64,000 nt of DNA, taken from Nitrospira sp. GTDB lineage: Bacteria > Nitrospirota > Nitrospiria > Nitrospirales > Nitrospiraceae. This document shows, piece after piece, positions 1 to 8,068 of the stretch. Location of the stretch: contig JABFSU010000084.1 of NCBI GenBank assembly GCA_013140455.1, positions 2,163-66,162 on the forward strand, read 5' to 3'. The notes under the pieces are model-generated. The model saw only the letters and a list, made by a program, of their open reading frames with translations, searched no databases and was not told the origin of the DNA. The translations under genes and the position numbers were made by a program. The first letter of the stretch is position 1; every line of letters starts with the position of its first letter.

Positions 1-1
1 T

Positions 2-274
2 CTGCTCAGACCGAACGCCCCTGCCACGCACCTCGTTCAGCGCATCCGCGACGAAGCCCACCGGTTCGCCATCACCTATCATCGCAAGCTGCGCGGCAAG
101 GCCTTCACCGCTTCCAAGCTGGATCAGATCATCGGAATCGGGAAAATCACGCGTACCAAGCTGCTCAAGGAATTCGGGAGTGTGGAGGGGATCGCTGAGG
201 CCACAGATGCCGCCCTTCATGCAGCGGGATTGGCCGAAGAGACCATCGCAAAGCTCCGTTCTACATTGCCATAG
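2..274 (+). CDS. uvrC: UvrC excinuclease ABC subunit C, C-terminal fragment (5' end lies outside the window)
   Basis: The frame is open from the window edge to TAG at 272-274. The translation ...RIRDEAHRFAITYHRKLRGK...IIGIGKITRTKLLKEFGSVEGIAEATDAAL carries the EAHRFAI motif and the C-terminal helix-hairpin-helix region typical of UvrC. Confidence 0.8.
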   Translation: MLRPNAPATHLVQRIRDEAHRFAITYHRKLRGKAFTASKLDQIIGIGKITRTKLLKEFGSVEGIAEATDAALHAAGLAEETIAKLRSTLP

Positions 275-547
275 ACACGAAGCCCCGTCCCCGGGGCCTG
301 CACTGGTATGGGATCCTGCACTCGCGACGCGAATGGCCCTACCCCGATAGATCGAGCTGGATTTCGTCCTTTCCATTGTGCTTAACTAGAGCCGTCTGGT
401 TCTTTGAATTCCCCCTCGTGGTCATGACGGTATGAGGACTCAACGGCCTTATATCCATCCCAAACTCCCACAGCGAGGAGTCAAGACACTCCCCGAGCAT
501 GTGCTATTATCGTGTCCGCTTGATGTCTTCGCTTTCTACCCCACCGG

Positions 548-1375
548 TTGGCGGAGAGGGAACAGCGTGCCGAGCCTAAAGGTGGTGCAGTGATTTTTCG
601 CGGTCCTGAAAGTCTTCAGTATCCGTCTCGCAAAGAATTTCAGCATCTGGCTGAAATCATGTACCAAGTCCGAGGAGTACAAACTCGCGATCAACTGCCT
701 TCCCTTGCCTCAGCTGTATCTCCTTTGATTCCGCACCAATTTGCTGCATGTGGTTTGTATAACACTCAGAAACGTGCCTTGCACGTCGCCTACACGTCCT
801 TTAACAAAGAACTCAACGAGCTATACGTTTCGCAAGGCTACGTCACAGACCCCTCTATCCAACTGCTCGATCGCACTCAGATTGGAACCGTTTCAAGTGA
901 AGACTCGCCGGAACTCACCATTCCAAGAGAAGTAACCAGTCTGAAGCTTGATTTCGGCGTCAAGACCTGCCTTTCGGTTGGCGTCCGTGGAGTCCTCGGC
1001 GCCTGTACATACTTTGCACTCAGCAATTTCGACCAACGCCAGATCTGGAAGCTTCGGAGCATGATGCAGATTCTGGCCCCGCATTTTCATCTGGCCTATA
1101 TGAGAGCGACGACATGGGCTCAGGGAACTCATGCATCGACCAAGCGGATAGATCTGACCGCGCGCGAAGAAGAAATTATGCGTTGGGTTGCGGAAGGCAA
1201 GACCAACTGGGAAATATCCATGATTCTGAAAGTGAGCCTGAACACCATTAAGTTTCACCTCAAGAACATCTATCAGAAGCTCGGAGGGGTGGAAAACCGC
1301 TGGTCGGCAGTCGCGCAATGGCAATATGCTTCCACAGAAATCCAGTTCCCCGACTCACCAGATAACGAGACATAG
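548..1375 (+). CDS. LuxR-family transcriptional regulator with a non-receiver N-terminal domain (a LuxR solo-like protein)
   Basis: The C-terminal HTH reads LTAREEEIMRWVAEGKTNWEISMILKVSLNTIKFHLKNIYQKLG. The roughly 190-aa N-terminal domain has no receiver signature. The start is uncertain: TTG 548 from the ORF track, GTG 590 after AAAGGTGG, or ATG 659. Confidence 0.75.
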   Translation: MAEREQRAEPKGGAVIFRGPESLQYPSRKEFQHLAEIMYQVRGVQTRDQLPSLASAVSPLIPHQFAACGLYNTQKRALHVAYTSFNKELNELYVSQGYVTDPSIQLLDRTQIGTVSSEDSPELTIPREVTSLKLDFGVKTCLSVGVRGVLGACTYFALSNFDQRQIWKLRSMMQILAPHFHLAYMRATTWAQGTHASTKRIDLTAREEEIMRWVAEGKTNWEISMILKVSLNTIKFHLKNIYQKLGGVENRWSAVAQWQYASTEIQFPDSPDNET

Positions 1376-1478
1376 TTCACCTCACACTCGGTTCATGTAG
1401 TACTACCCGCTCGGGAACGCTTCTCCAAGCCTTCGACAATCTCCCGTTTCCTCCCTATCGTCCCAACACCCCTCAGAT

Positions 1479-1553
1479 CACGTGTCCGATTGCAGACCGG
1501 TTGGCCCCTTCGTGTCTTTGCACGCGTGCTCATCTACCAAACTGGTCCACGTG
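1479..1553. promoter_or_regulatory. Cluster of three CACGTG-type palindromes upstream of the nitroreductase-like/KS/P450 operon
   Basis: The sites are CACGTG (1479-84), GCACGCGTGC (1520-29) and CCACGTGG (1547-54), all within 76 bp and 75-150 nt upstream of ATG 1628. Confidence 0.35.
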
Positions 1554-1627
1554 GGGGGCCTACCCATCCGGGTAGGTCCCTTCTTGTCGCACTTCCCCTA
1601 TCTTCTGCACCAACCAAGGAGGCGCCC

Positions 1628-2950
1628 ATGATCACCGCTGAATGTCAGATTGCTAAATCTGCTGCAGTACACACGTTGCTCGATCTCTTAGAGCAACGCA
1701 AGACACGCCGGTTCGGATGCGGGATGGAACTGCCCGGAGGGCCCCTCCGCTACCGAAGCACCATGCCTCCGATTCCTCTGAGCCAAGAAGAAATTCGCTA
1801 TCTCTTGTTCGCCGGCGTCGGCGAGACCGGGCGCCATCTGGCCGACATGCAATACGTCCGCCGGACAGGCCGCGAGGACGGTCAAGGAATGGCCATCATG
1901 AACTTCCAGGGCAGAACCGTGGCCAGCGCCTGTGCCGCCAATACAACCAAACTCTTCCTCACCGACGACGAAGGAGTCTATTTTGCGTCATCGGTCTCTC
2001 ATCCCGAGAGCGGAATTCCGCCCGAACTGGTGACGCTGCAGCAACGCCGGCTCGAGATTCCCCGTCGACTTCCCTACATGCTCTCGTTCAATCAGTGGTA
2101 CACCAACCGCCCCGGCACCCTCTACATGATCCCCGTCACGGAAGTGGCGCGGGTCTATATCAATCTCCTACTGGTTCTCCTGAGCGAAGAGTATGGCTAC
2201 TTTTTCGTTGATACCGACAACGGGAACGCCGGCTGCGGGCTGGATGCCTTCCGTCGCAGTCGCGGCGGGCATCTGCACGATGATCCTTCCACCAATCGAG
2301 TGATGACCCTTCGGGATCTCGACGCAGCGATCAACGATACGGCGCTCCAAGAACAAGGGTTGGTCTGCCAGAACCTGTTCTTGATGACCCAGGCGGTCGG
2401 CCTCGGCGGCGGCATCCAAAGCGTGGGCAGCGGGCGCCACCTGCTTGGCCTTGAGCCGCAGATATTTTCAGGCCTGGGATTTTCGTTTCAGCCATCGAGC
2501 GTGGCGGGAGTACGTTCGAACCCCGTCGGGATCGCGAATCTATGGGAAGGGCCGTGCCCGCCATTCACCTCTTCAATTGAAGAGGCCGTGCTCAGCCTTG
2601 TCGACTCAAAATTCGGGCTCGGCGGCATTTACACGACTCCCACAAGCCGGCCATGGATGAATCCCGATGGTGGATCGAAAATCGTACCGCACGAACAACG
2701 TACGATCGAGGCCGTGATTGAGTTCTGCAATTACGTCTATCGCACCTACGGGCGATTCCCGGCCCATGCCGATGCCTTCAAGACCGTCATTGCCTTTCAA
2801 GCCCATCACGTAGACGTCGGGTTCTACGACAAGTTCTATCCGAACGAATCAGTCCCTCAGGCACAACGGGATCACTTCGCCGCATGGCATCAGAGCCATC
2901 TTGATGAAGGCGCCGCCATATCGGCGATGCACGAGGAGGTGCTCTCATGA
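1628..2950 (+). CDS. Nitroreductase-superfamily (FMN oxidoreductase-like) protein, unusually large at about 440 aa
   Basis: ATG 1628 lies 5 nt after AAGGAGG (1616-1622), so the ORF-track start at 1490 is probably an upstream extension. The motifs RKTRRF and CQNLFLMTQAVGLGGGIQSVG resemble nitroreductase/SagB-type folds. The stop overlaps the next start (ATGA at 2947-2950). Confidence 0.6.
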   Translation: MITAECQIAKSAAVHTLLDLLEQRKTRRFGCGMELPGGPLRYRSTMPPIPLSQEEIRYLLFAGVGETGRHLADMQYVRRTGREDGQGMAIMNFQGRTVASACAANTTKLFLTDDEGVYFASSVSHPESGIPPELVTLQQRRLEIPRRLPYMLSFNQWYTNRPGTLYMIPVTEVARVYINLLLVLLSEEYGYFFVDTDNGNAGCGLDAFRRSRGGHLHDDPSTNRVMTLRDLDAAINDTALQEQGLVCQNLFLMTQAVGLGGGIQSVGSGRHLLGLEPQIFSGLGFSFQPSSVAGVRSNPVGIANLWEGPCPPFTSSIEEAVLSLVDSKFGLGGIYTTPTSRPWMNPDGGSKIVPHEQRTIEAVIEFCNYVYRTYGRFPAHADAFKTVIAFQAHHVDVGFYDKFYPNESVPQAQRDHFAAWHQSHLDEGAAISAMHEEVLS

Positions 2951-4302
2951 CACATCGTCGTCGTGTCGTTATTACCGGATTGGGGATCGTATCGCCGCTG
3001 GGCTGCGATCTGAGCATGTTTTGGCACCTGTTGAGCCGTGGCGAAAGCGGGATCAAGCCCATCACCAGCTTTGACACCTCTCCCTTCAACGCCTCGCTCG
3101 CCGGCGAAATCACGGATTTCGATCCGACCGATTTTATTCACCCCAAAAAAGCCCGGCGGATGGGTCGGGTTTCACAATTTGCCGTGGCATCGGCGCTGAT
3201 GGCCGGTCGAGATGCCGCGCTCGACCTGGACCAGGAGGACCGGGATCGTGTGGGCGTCTGCTTCGGCACATCGGTGGGCGGATTGAAGGAAGCCTTTGAA
3301 GCGCACGATTCGATGATCGCAAAACAATACAAACATACGAATCCCTTCACGATGACTACCACGTTCCCCAACGCCGTGTCGGCGGAAGTTTCCATCGCCC
3401 TGGGGACGCACGGCGAATGCGAAACCTACTCAATCGGCTGCTCCTCTACGGCGAACGCCATCGGGCGCGCGTACGATTTGATTCAGGGCCATGATGTCGA
3501 CATCGTCATCGCCGGCGGAGCCGAAGCCCCGCTGCATCCGACCATCTTTTCGGCAATGGATGCAGGCCGAACTCTGGCACCGGACCATGGCGGAAGCATC
3601 CGCAACCTTCCCCGCCCCTTCGACCAAACACGCTGCGGGATTGTCTTGGGAGAGGGCGCCGGATGCCTCATTCTTGAGGAGGCAGAGCATGCCGAGCGGC
3701 GCGGCGCACGGATCTACGCCGAGCTGGAAGGTTGGGCGTTTACCACGGACGCCTTCTCGATGGCGCGTCCCGAAGAAACCGGGAAAGAACATCGCCGCTC
3801 GATTGAGCGCGCGATCGCAGCGGCCCATTGGTTTCCAGAAGAGGTGGACTACATCAACGCCTGCGGACTGGGAACCGTTGAATTGGATCTGATTGAAACC
3901 TTGGCGATCAAAGCTGCGATGGGCTCCCAGGCCTATCGCCTCCCGATCAGTTCTTTTAAATCAGCCCTTGGACATGCGTTTGCGGCAAGCGGGGCCTTTC
4001 AACTGATCGGAACCGTTCTGGCGCTGCAACATCAGTTCATCCCTCCGACACTGCACCTGACACAGCCGGATCCTCAATGTGACCTGGACTACGTGGCATG
4101 CGTAGGACGGCCGCGCACGATGCAGCGGGCCTTGGTCAATAGTTTCGGCTTCGGCGGTAAGAACATTGTCCTTGCCGTATCGGGAGTAGACGTCGCCGCG
4201 TCCCAAGACAGACTGGTCCATGGTGGTGTCGGCGCGCTCTACCACGAGCCGATTGCGGCTCCGGCGTTGGCGAAGTCTCCGAGCACGGATCTGATTCAGT
4301 GA
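2947..4302 (+). CDS. Beta-ketoacyl synthase, FabF/KAS II-like, with an atypical active-site triad
   Basis: The N-terminus RRVVITGLGIVSPLG, active-site SIGCSST (Cys165), KSALGHAFAASGA (His343) and C-terminal NSFGFGGKN are KAS I/II hallmarks. The position of the first catalytic His reads INACGLGT (Cys306). The gene is translationally coupled to the upstream gene. Confidence 0.85.
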   Translation: MTHRRRVVITGLGIVSPLGCDLSMFWHLLSRGESGIKPITSFDTSPFNASLAGEITDFDPTDFIHPKKARRMGRVSQFAVASALMAGRDAALDLDQEDRDRVGVCFGTSVGGLKEAFEAHDSMIAKQYKHTNPFTMTTTFPNAVSAEVSIALGTHGECETYSIGCSSTANAIGRAYDLIQGHDVDIVIAGGAEAPLHPTIFSAMDAGRTLAPDHGGSIRNLPRPFDQTRCGIVLGEGAGCLILEEAEHAERRGARIYAELEGWAFTTDAFSMARPEETGKEHRRSIERAIAAAHWFPEEVDYINACGLGTVELDLIETLAIKAAMGSQAYRLPISSFKSALGHAFAASGAFQLIGTVLALQHQFIPPTLHLTQPDPQCDLDYVACVGRPRTMQRALVNSFGFGGKNIVLAVSGVDVAASQDRLVHGGVGALYHEPIAAPALAKSPSTDLIQ

Positions 4303-4369
4303 GTGAATGCAATCGACGTGCGCCCGTATTTTTGCGCGTCGCCCTCAGGATCATAGGGAGGATTGTAAA

Positions 4370-5575
4370 ATGAGCACGCTACCAATCACCGCAGACCAAC
4401 TGTCCACGCCGGACGTGATCGCCAATCCTTATCCTTGGTATCACGAGCTGCGCGAGCAATCGCCTCTGAACTATGAGTTTCTTCCAGCAGGAGCCGTCTC
4501 CGGCATGAATGAACCCGTGAAGGCCTGGGCCTTGATGAGGTATGCCGATGTGTACGGAGCCCTCCGGAACCATGAAACTTTCGCATCGAATCATTCGCTC
4601 GCGGGAAAAGTCGTTCCCCGTCTTGCGCTTATTCACGACGATCCTCCACGCCACACTCGTTTTCGCCACTTGGTCAACAAAGCGTTCACGCTGAAGCGGA
4701 TTGAGACACTGAAACCATGGATCACGACCGTGGTGAATGAGTTGGTCGACGAGATGGCGGCCTCGCAAGAAACCGAGTTCATGCAGGCCTACGCGATTCC
4801 TCTCCCTGTAAAGGTTATCGCGCGAATGCTCGGCATTCCAGGAGAGGACTACGTCAGATTCAAACTGTGGAGCGACACGTTCCTCGCCTTCAGCTCAATG
4901 ACCCCCGGAGAGCGCGCCAAGAGCAACCAGGAAATGATGGCGTATTTCGGCCAGATGGCTGCCGATCGACGAACACAGGCTGCGGAAGACCTCATTACCG
5001 CCCTGGTTGAAGCGAATGTCGATGGGGAGTCTCTTGCAGATGCTGAGATCATCGGTTTTTGCATGCTGGCCTTGATCGCCGGAAATGAAACGACCACCAA
5101 TCTGATCGGTAACATGCTCGGCATTCTGGTTGACCGCCCTGATCTCTGGCAGCAACTGCGGGCGGATCGAAGCCTGGTTGATAGAGTGATTGAAGAAACG
5201 CTCCGAATCGAAAGTCCATTCCAGCGGCTGTCCCGCATTGCGACTTGCGACACAGCGCTCTCCGGGGTCGCGATTCCACAAGGGTCCCTCGTGACCATCT
5301 ACTACGGCGCAGCGAACCGGGATCCCGCCGAGTTCCCCAATCCTGATGAATTCAGGCTGGACCGAGATTTACGCAACCACGTCGCCTTCGGAATGGGGAT
5401 TCACTACTGTCTGGGAGCGCCTCTCGCCCGAGCCGAAGCCTCCATTACGCTCAATACGCTCCTTGATCGCTTCCCGGTGATCGAACGAGGCCGCGAGCCG
5501 GCCCTTCGCCAAACAACGAGCCTGATGGTGTACGGCTATCAGCAATTGCCGCTCAATCTCAGAGCGTCGAATTAG
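4370..5575 (+). CDS. Cytochrome P450
   Basis: ATG 4370 follows GGGAGGA (4356-4362). It carries the I-helix motif LIAGNETTTN, the ExxR motif EETLRIESP and the heme-thiolate loop FGMGIHYCLGAPLA. Confidence 0.9.
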   Translation: MSTLPITADQLSTPDVIANPYPWYHELREQSPLNYEFLPAGAVSGMNEPVKAWALMRYADVYGALRNHETFASNHSLAGKVVPRLALIHDDPPRHTRFRHLVNKAFTLKRIETLKPWITTVVNELVDEMAASQETEFMQAYAIPLPVKVIARMLGIPGEDYVRFKLWSDTFLAFSSMTPGERAKSNQEMMAYFGQMAADRRTQAAEDLITALVEANVDGESLADAEIIGFCMLALIAGNETTTNLIGNMLGILVDRPDLWQQLRADRSLVDRVIEETLRIESPFQRLSRIATCDTALSGVAIPQGSLVTIYYGAANRDPAEFPNPDEFRLDRDLRNHVAFGMGIHYCLGAPLARAEASITLNTLLDRFPVIERGREPALRQTTSLMVYGYQQLPLNLRASN

Positions 5576-5615
5576 GACCACTGGACCTGTTTGTTTCGGA
5601 GAAACGAGGGCACAC

Positions 5616-6170
5616 ATGAAACACCACCCGGCAACCTCAGAGGCATGTATTCAATCTCTTGTGGCAGACGTATTTGGCGGGCTCTCAAGAGAAGAACTGC
5701 TGATGGCCTTATCCCTCATGCACCAGATTCTTGACGCGGACAGAAAGAGGGATGTGGAACACATCGTGACTTCACTGTCCAAGCTGCGCCGCGAGGCCGC
5801 CGGCTCCAAACTCTCGCCTCGGCACACTCCGAATGAGAGCCACAGGATGGCAACGCCGCCGGTACAGGGGAGTTATTCTCACCGTGTTGTGCGCTACTTC
5901 TTTTCCTGCCTCACGAAAATGCAAACGAGACTCGACGCCGAACCCAGGCACACTCATATTCCCAACAATACCTGCCATCTATCTCCCCGAGAGCTCACCG
6001 TCCTGCTATGGATGAAGGAAGGAAAGACCAACTGGGAGATCGCCCAGATCCTGGGGCTCAGTGAGCGGACCATTCGTTTTCACGTCGGCGGCATCTTCGA
6101 GAAGCTGGATGTCACGTCCCGCACGCAAGCAGTGGCCCGGGCATTGGGAGCAGGACTTATCGCCTCCTGA
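5616..6170 (+). CDS. LuxR-family transcriptional regulator (small, no receiver domain)
   Basis: The C-terminal HTH reads LSPRELTVLLWMKEGKTNWEIAQILGLSERTIRFHVGGIFEKLD. The roughly 120-aa N-terminal region has no recognisable domain. The gene starts 40 nt after the P450 stop. Confidence 0.8.
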   Translation: MKHHPATSEACIQSLVADVFGGLSREELLMALSLMHQILDADRKRDVEHIVTSLSKLRREAAGSKLSPRHTPNESHRMATPPVQGSYSHRVVRYFFSCLTKMQTRLDAEPRHTHIPNNTCHLSPRELTVLLWMKEGKTNWEIAQILGLSERTIRFHVGGIFEKLDVTSRTQAVARALGAGLIAS

Positions 6171-6298
6171 CGTGACTGCCTGATTGGGCAAACACGCGTG
6201 TCCGCTAAGAAAGGCCTTCGAGGTCTGCTCATCGCAGGCCTTGTTGAACCGGCTTTCGACCTTACCACTTAGACCATACCGGCCGGCCTTCCGCACAC

Positions 6299-6316
6299 CC
6301 TGGCGCATGCGCCAGG
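6299..6316. promoter_or_regulatory. Perfect 18-bp palindrome CCTGGCGCATGCGCCAGG between the second LuxR gene and the kinase gene
   Basis: The sequence is self-complementary over all 18 nt. It lies 129 nt after the LuxR stop and 105 nt before ATG 6421. Confidence 0.4.
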
Positions 6317-6420
6317 TGACGTGCCCCCTCCCAAACCTTCTATGATGACAACTAATTGTTCACCGCTCCTGCAGCGTAGGGGAGCCACCATGGCACTCAT
6401 CTCTTGCGAGGGATTTGAAA

Positions 6421-7224
6421 ATGGAGAAGGACTCCAAAGGGCTGCGTCTCATTCATGGTTCGGATCAACGAAGACCTGACATAGAACAGCCATCCCCCGT
6501 GTCTGGCTCTCGTATGAATCCGACCATGCGCCAGACGCCGCGCTCATCCGGCGACCTGATTATGTCGCTACGCGCAACGGAGGCCCGATTGAGCAGCCTC
6601 TTAGAGGATCGAAGCCGCATCAGCCGAGACCTCCACGACTCAGTCCTACAGTCGCTCTATGCCATCGGGCTCAGCCTGGAGACCTCCCACCGTACCAATA
6701 CTTCACCACAACCAGGAGCCGATCGCGCCTACAGCCATGCCGTGGATCAGCTCAATCGCTTGATTCACGAGGTGCGAGGCATCATCAAGGGGCTTGCGGA
6801 TGGATCGGTTCAGGACATGGACCTGTCTGAGGAACTCAGACAGTTGGCCGGCAGTTACGAGCAACTCAGTCATGTCACTATCACGCTCAGCCTGCAGCCG
6901 TCGGCACTCGACGTTCTCACCCGGGAAGAAGAGCAGGAAATTCTGAACATTGTGCGAGAGGCCTTGAGCAATTGCGTCCGCCATGCGCAGGCGACTCACG
7001 CCGAGGTGACGATCAGGACACACGGCAACCGAGTGCGTATCAGTATCTGCGACGACGGAAAGGGATTTGTTGAAACAGGCGCGCATCCCAAGGGATATGG
7101 CTTGATGAATATGGAAGCGCGGGCCAAGAAACTCGGCGGCAGGTTGCTGCTTCGCTCGAAGCCCGGCCAGGGCACTCGCCTTACCGCGGAATTTTTACTG
7201 GAACCGATTTTAGCGCCTGTATGA
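6421..7224 (+). CDS. Soluble NarL-class (HisKA_3) sensor histidine kinase without an obvious sensor domain
   Basis: ATG 6421 lies 7 nt after GAGGGA. It has the H-box ISRDLHDSVLQSLYAIGLSLE, the N-box ILNIVREALSNCVRHA and the G-boxes DDGKGF / GYGLMNMEARAKKLGG. I see no hydrophobic segments. Confidence 0.85.
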   Translation: MEKDSKGLRLIHGSDQRRPDIEQPSPVSGSRMNPTMRQTPRSSGDLIMSLRATEARLSSLLEDRSRISRDLHDSVLQSLYAIGLSLETSHRTNTSPQPGADRAYSHAVDQLNRLIHEVRGIIKGLADGSVQDMDLSEELRQLAGSYEQLSHVTITLSLQPSALDVLTREEEQEILNIVREALSNCVRHAQATHAEVTIRTHGNRVRISICDDGKGFVETGAHPKGYGLMNMEARAKKLGGRLLLRSKPGQGTRLTAEFLLEPILAPV

Positions 7225-7901
7225 AACCTGCACCCACGACACTTCTCATCGTCGATGACCACGAAGTCGTCCGGCAGGGTCTCCGAACACTCCTGGACCT
7301 TGAGCCGGATTTCCGGGTCATCGGTGAAGCCGCGTCGGTCGCGGAGGCCGTCACACAAACGGCACGTCTCCGACCAAATGTCGTGTTGCTCGATGTGAAA
7401 CTCTCCGACGGATCCGGGATCGCGGCCTGTCGCCGGCTTCTCGCAACCACGCCGGCCACCCGCGTCTTGATGCTGACCAGCTTTTCGGAGGAGGCCATGG
7501 TGGTCGAGGCCGTTCAAGGCGGGGCACACGGCTACGCACTCAAGGATGTCCGAGCCCAGGATCTGATTCAGGCTATTCGCACCGTCGCAAGCGGCCACGG
7601 CTACCTGGACCCGCGCGTGGCCCAACAGACATTGCACTGGATCCGCGATCGATCCCACCCGGCCTCCGGTCACTCCCCGGATCGCCTCACACGCCTTTCC
7701 CCGCAAGAGCGCGCCATTCTGCCCCTGCTCGCTGAAGGCAAAACCAACAAAGAAATTGCAGTCGATCTCCGCTTAAGCGATAAAACCGTCAAGAACTACC
7801 TCGCCAATATCTTCGACAAACTGCAAGTCAAACGGCGCACCGAAGCCGTGAGCTGGTATATCCGAACGACTCAGGCATCGTCGGAAGACTCCCGATTCTA
7901 G
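7221..7901 (+). CDS. NarL/FixJ-family response regulator (REC plus LuxR-type HTH)
   Basis: The start overlaps the kinase stop (ATGA). REC motifs are LLIVDDHEVV, VVLLDVKLSDGSG and GYALKD. The HTH reads LSPQERAILPLLAEGKTNKEIAVDLRLSDKTVKNYLANIFDKL. Confidence 0.9.
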   Translation: MKPAPTTLLIVDDHEVVRQGLRTLLDLEPDFRVIGEAASVAEAVTQTARLRPNVVLLDVKLSDGSGIAACRRLLATTPATRVLMLTSFSEEAMVVEAVQGGAHGYALKDVRAQDLIQAIRTVASGHGYLDPRVAQQTLHWIRDRSHPASGHSPDRLTRLSPQERAILPLLAEGKTNKEIAVDLRLSDKTVKNYLANIFDKLQVKRRTEAVSWYIRTTQASSEDSRF

Positions 7902-8068
7902 GTCTTGAGCATTCCCCCTTCTTTGGCTCCCATGCCCTCTAGAAATTCAGGGGTCTCAGGCCCTATGCTAGACACTCCGCCCTGGCCGTCGCAGGGATTG
8001 GATTGAATCACCCCGCAGGCGGACAGGTGGCCACCCCGGCTGACCAGCGAACCGAGGCACGAAGCGTT

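Noticed and set aside
279-296. A GC-rich hairpin (GCCCCG-TCCC-CGGGGC) just after the uvrC stop, considered as a rho-independent terminator
   Set aside because: The stem is only 6 bp and there is no downstream U-tract, so the evidence is insufficient.
1490-1627. The N-terminal extension of the nitroreductase-like ORF (TTG start in the ORF track)
   Set aside because: It has no Shine-Dalgarno sequence, and its composition is proline/arginine-rich. A consensus AAGGAGG sits 5 nt before the internal ATG at 1628. I treat the region as a regulatory leader instead.
2505-2522. GTTCGAACC, a T-loop-like sequence suggestive of a tRNA
   Set aside because: It lies inside the nitroreductase-like CDS, and no acceptor, D-arm or anticodon-arm pairing can be drawn around it. 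I found no tRNA anywhere in the window.
6190-6262. Partial resemblance (GGCCTTGTTGAACCGGCTT, about 15 of 19 matches) to the right arm of the intergenic repeat
   Set aside because: Only one arm-like segment is present. The invariant 15-mer and the central GTACCC hairpin are absent, so the match is too weak to call a fourth copy.
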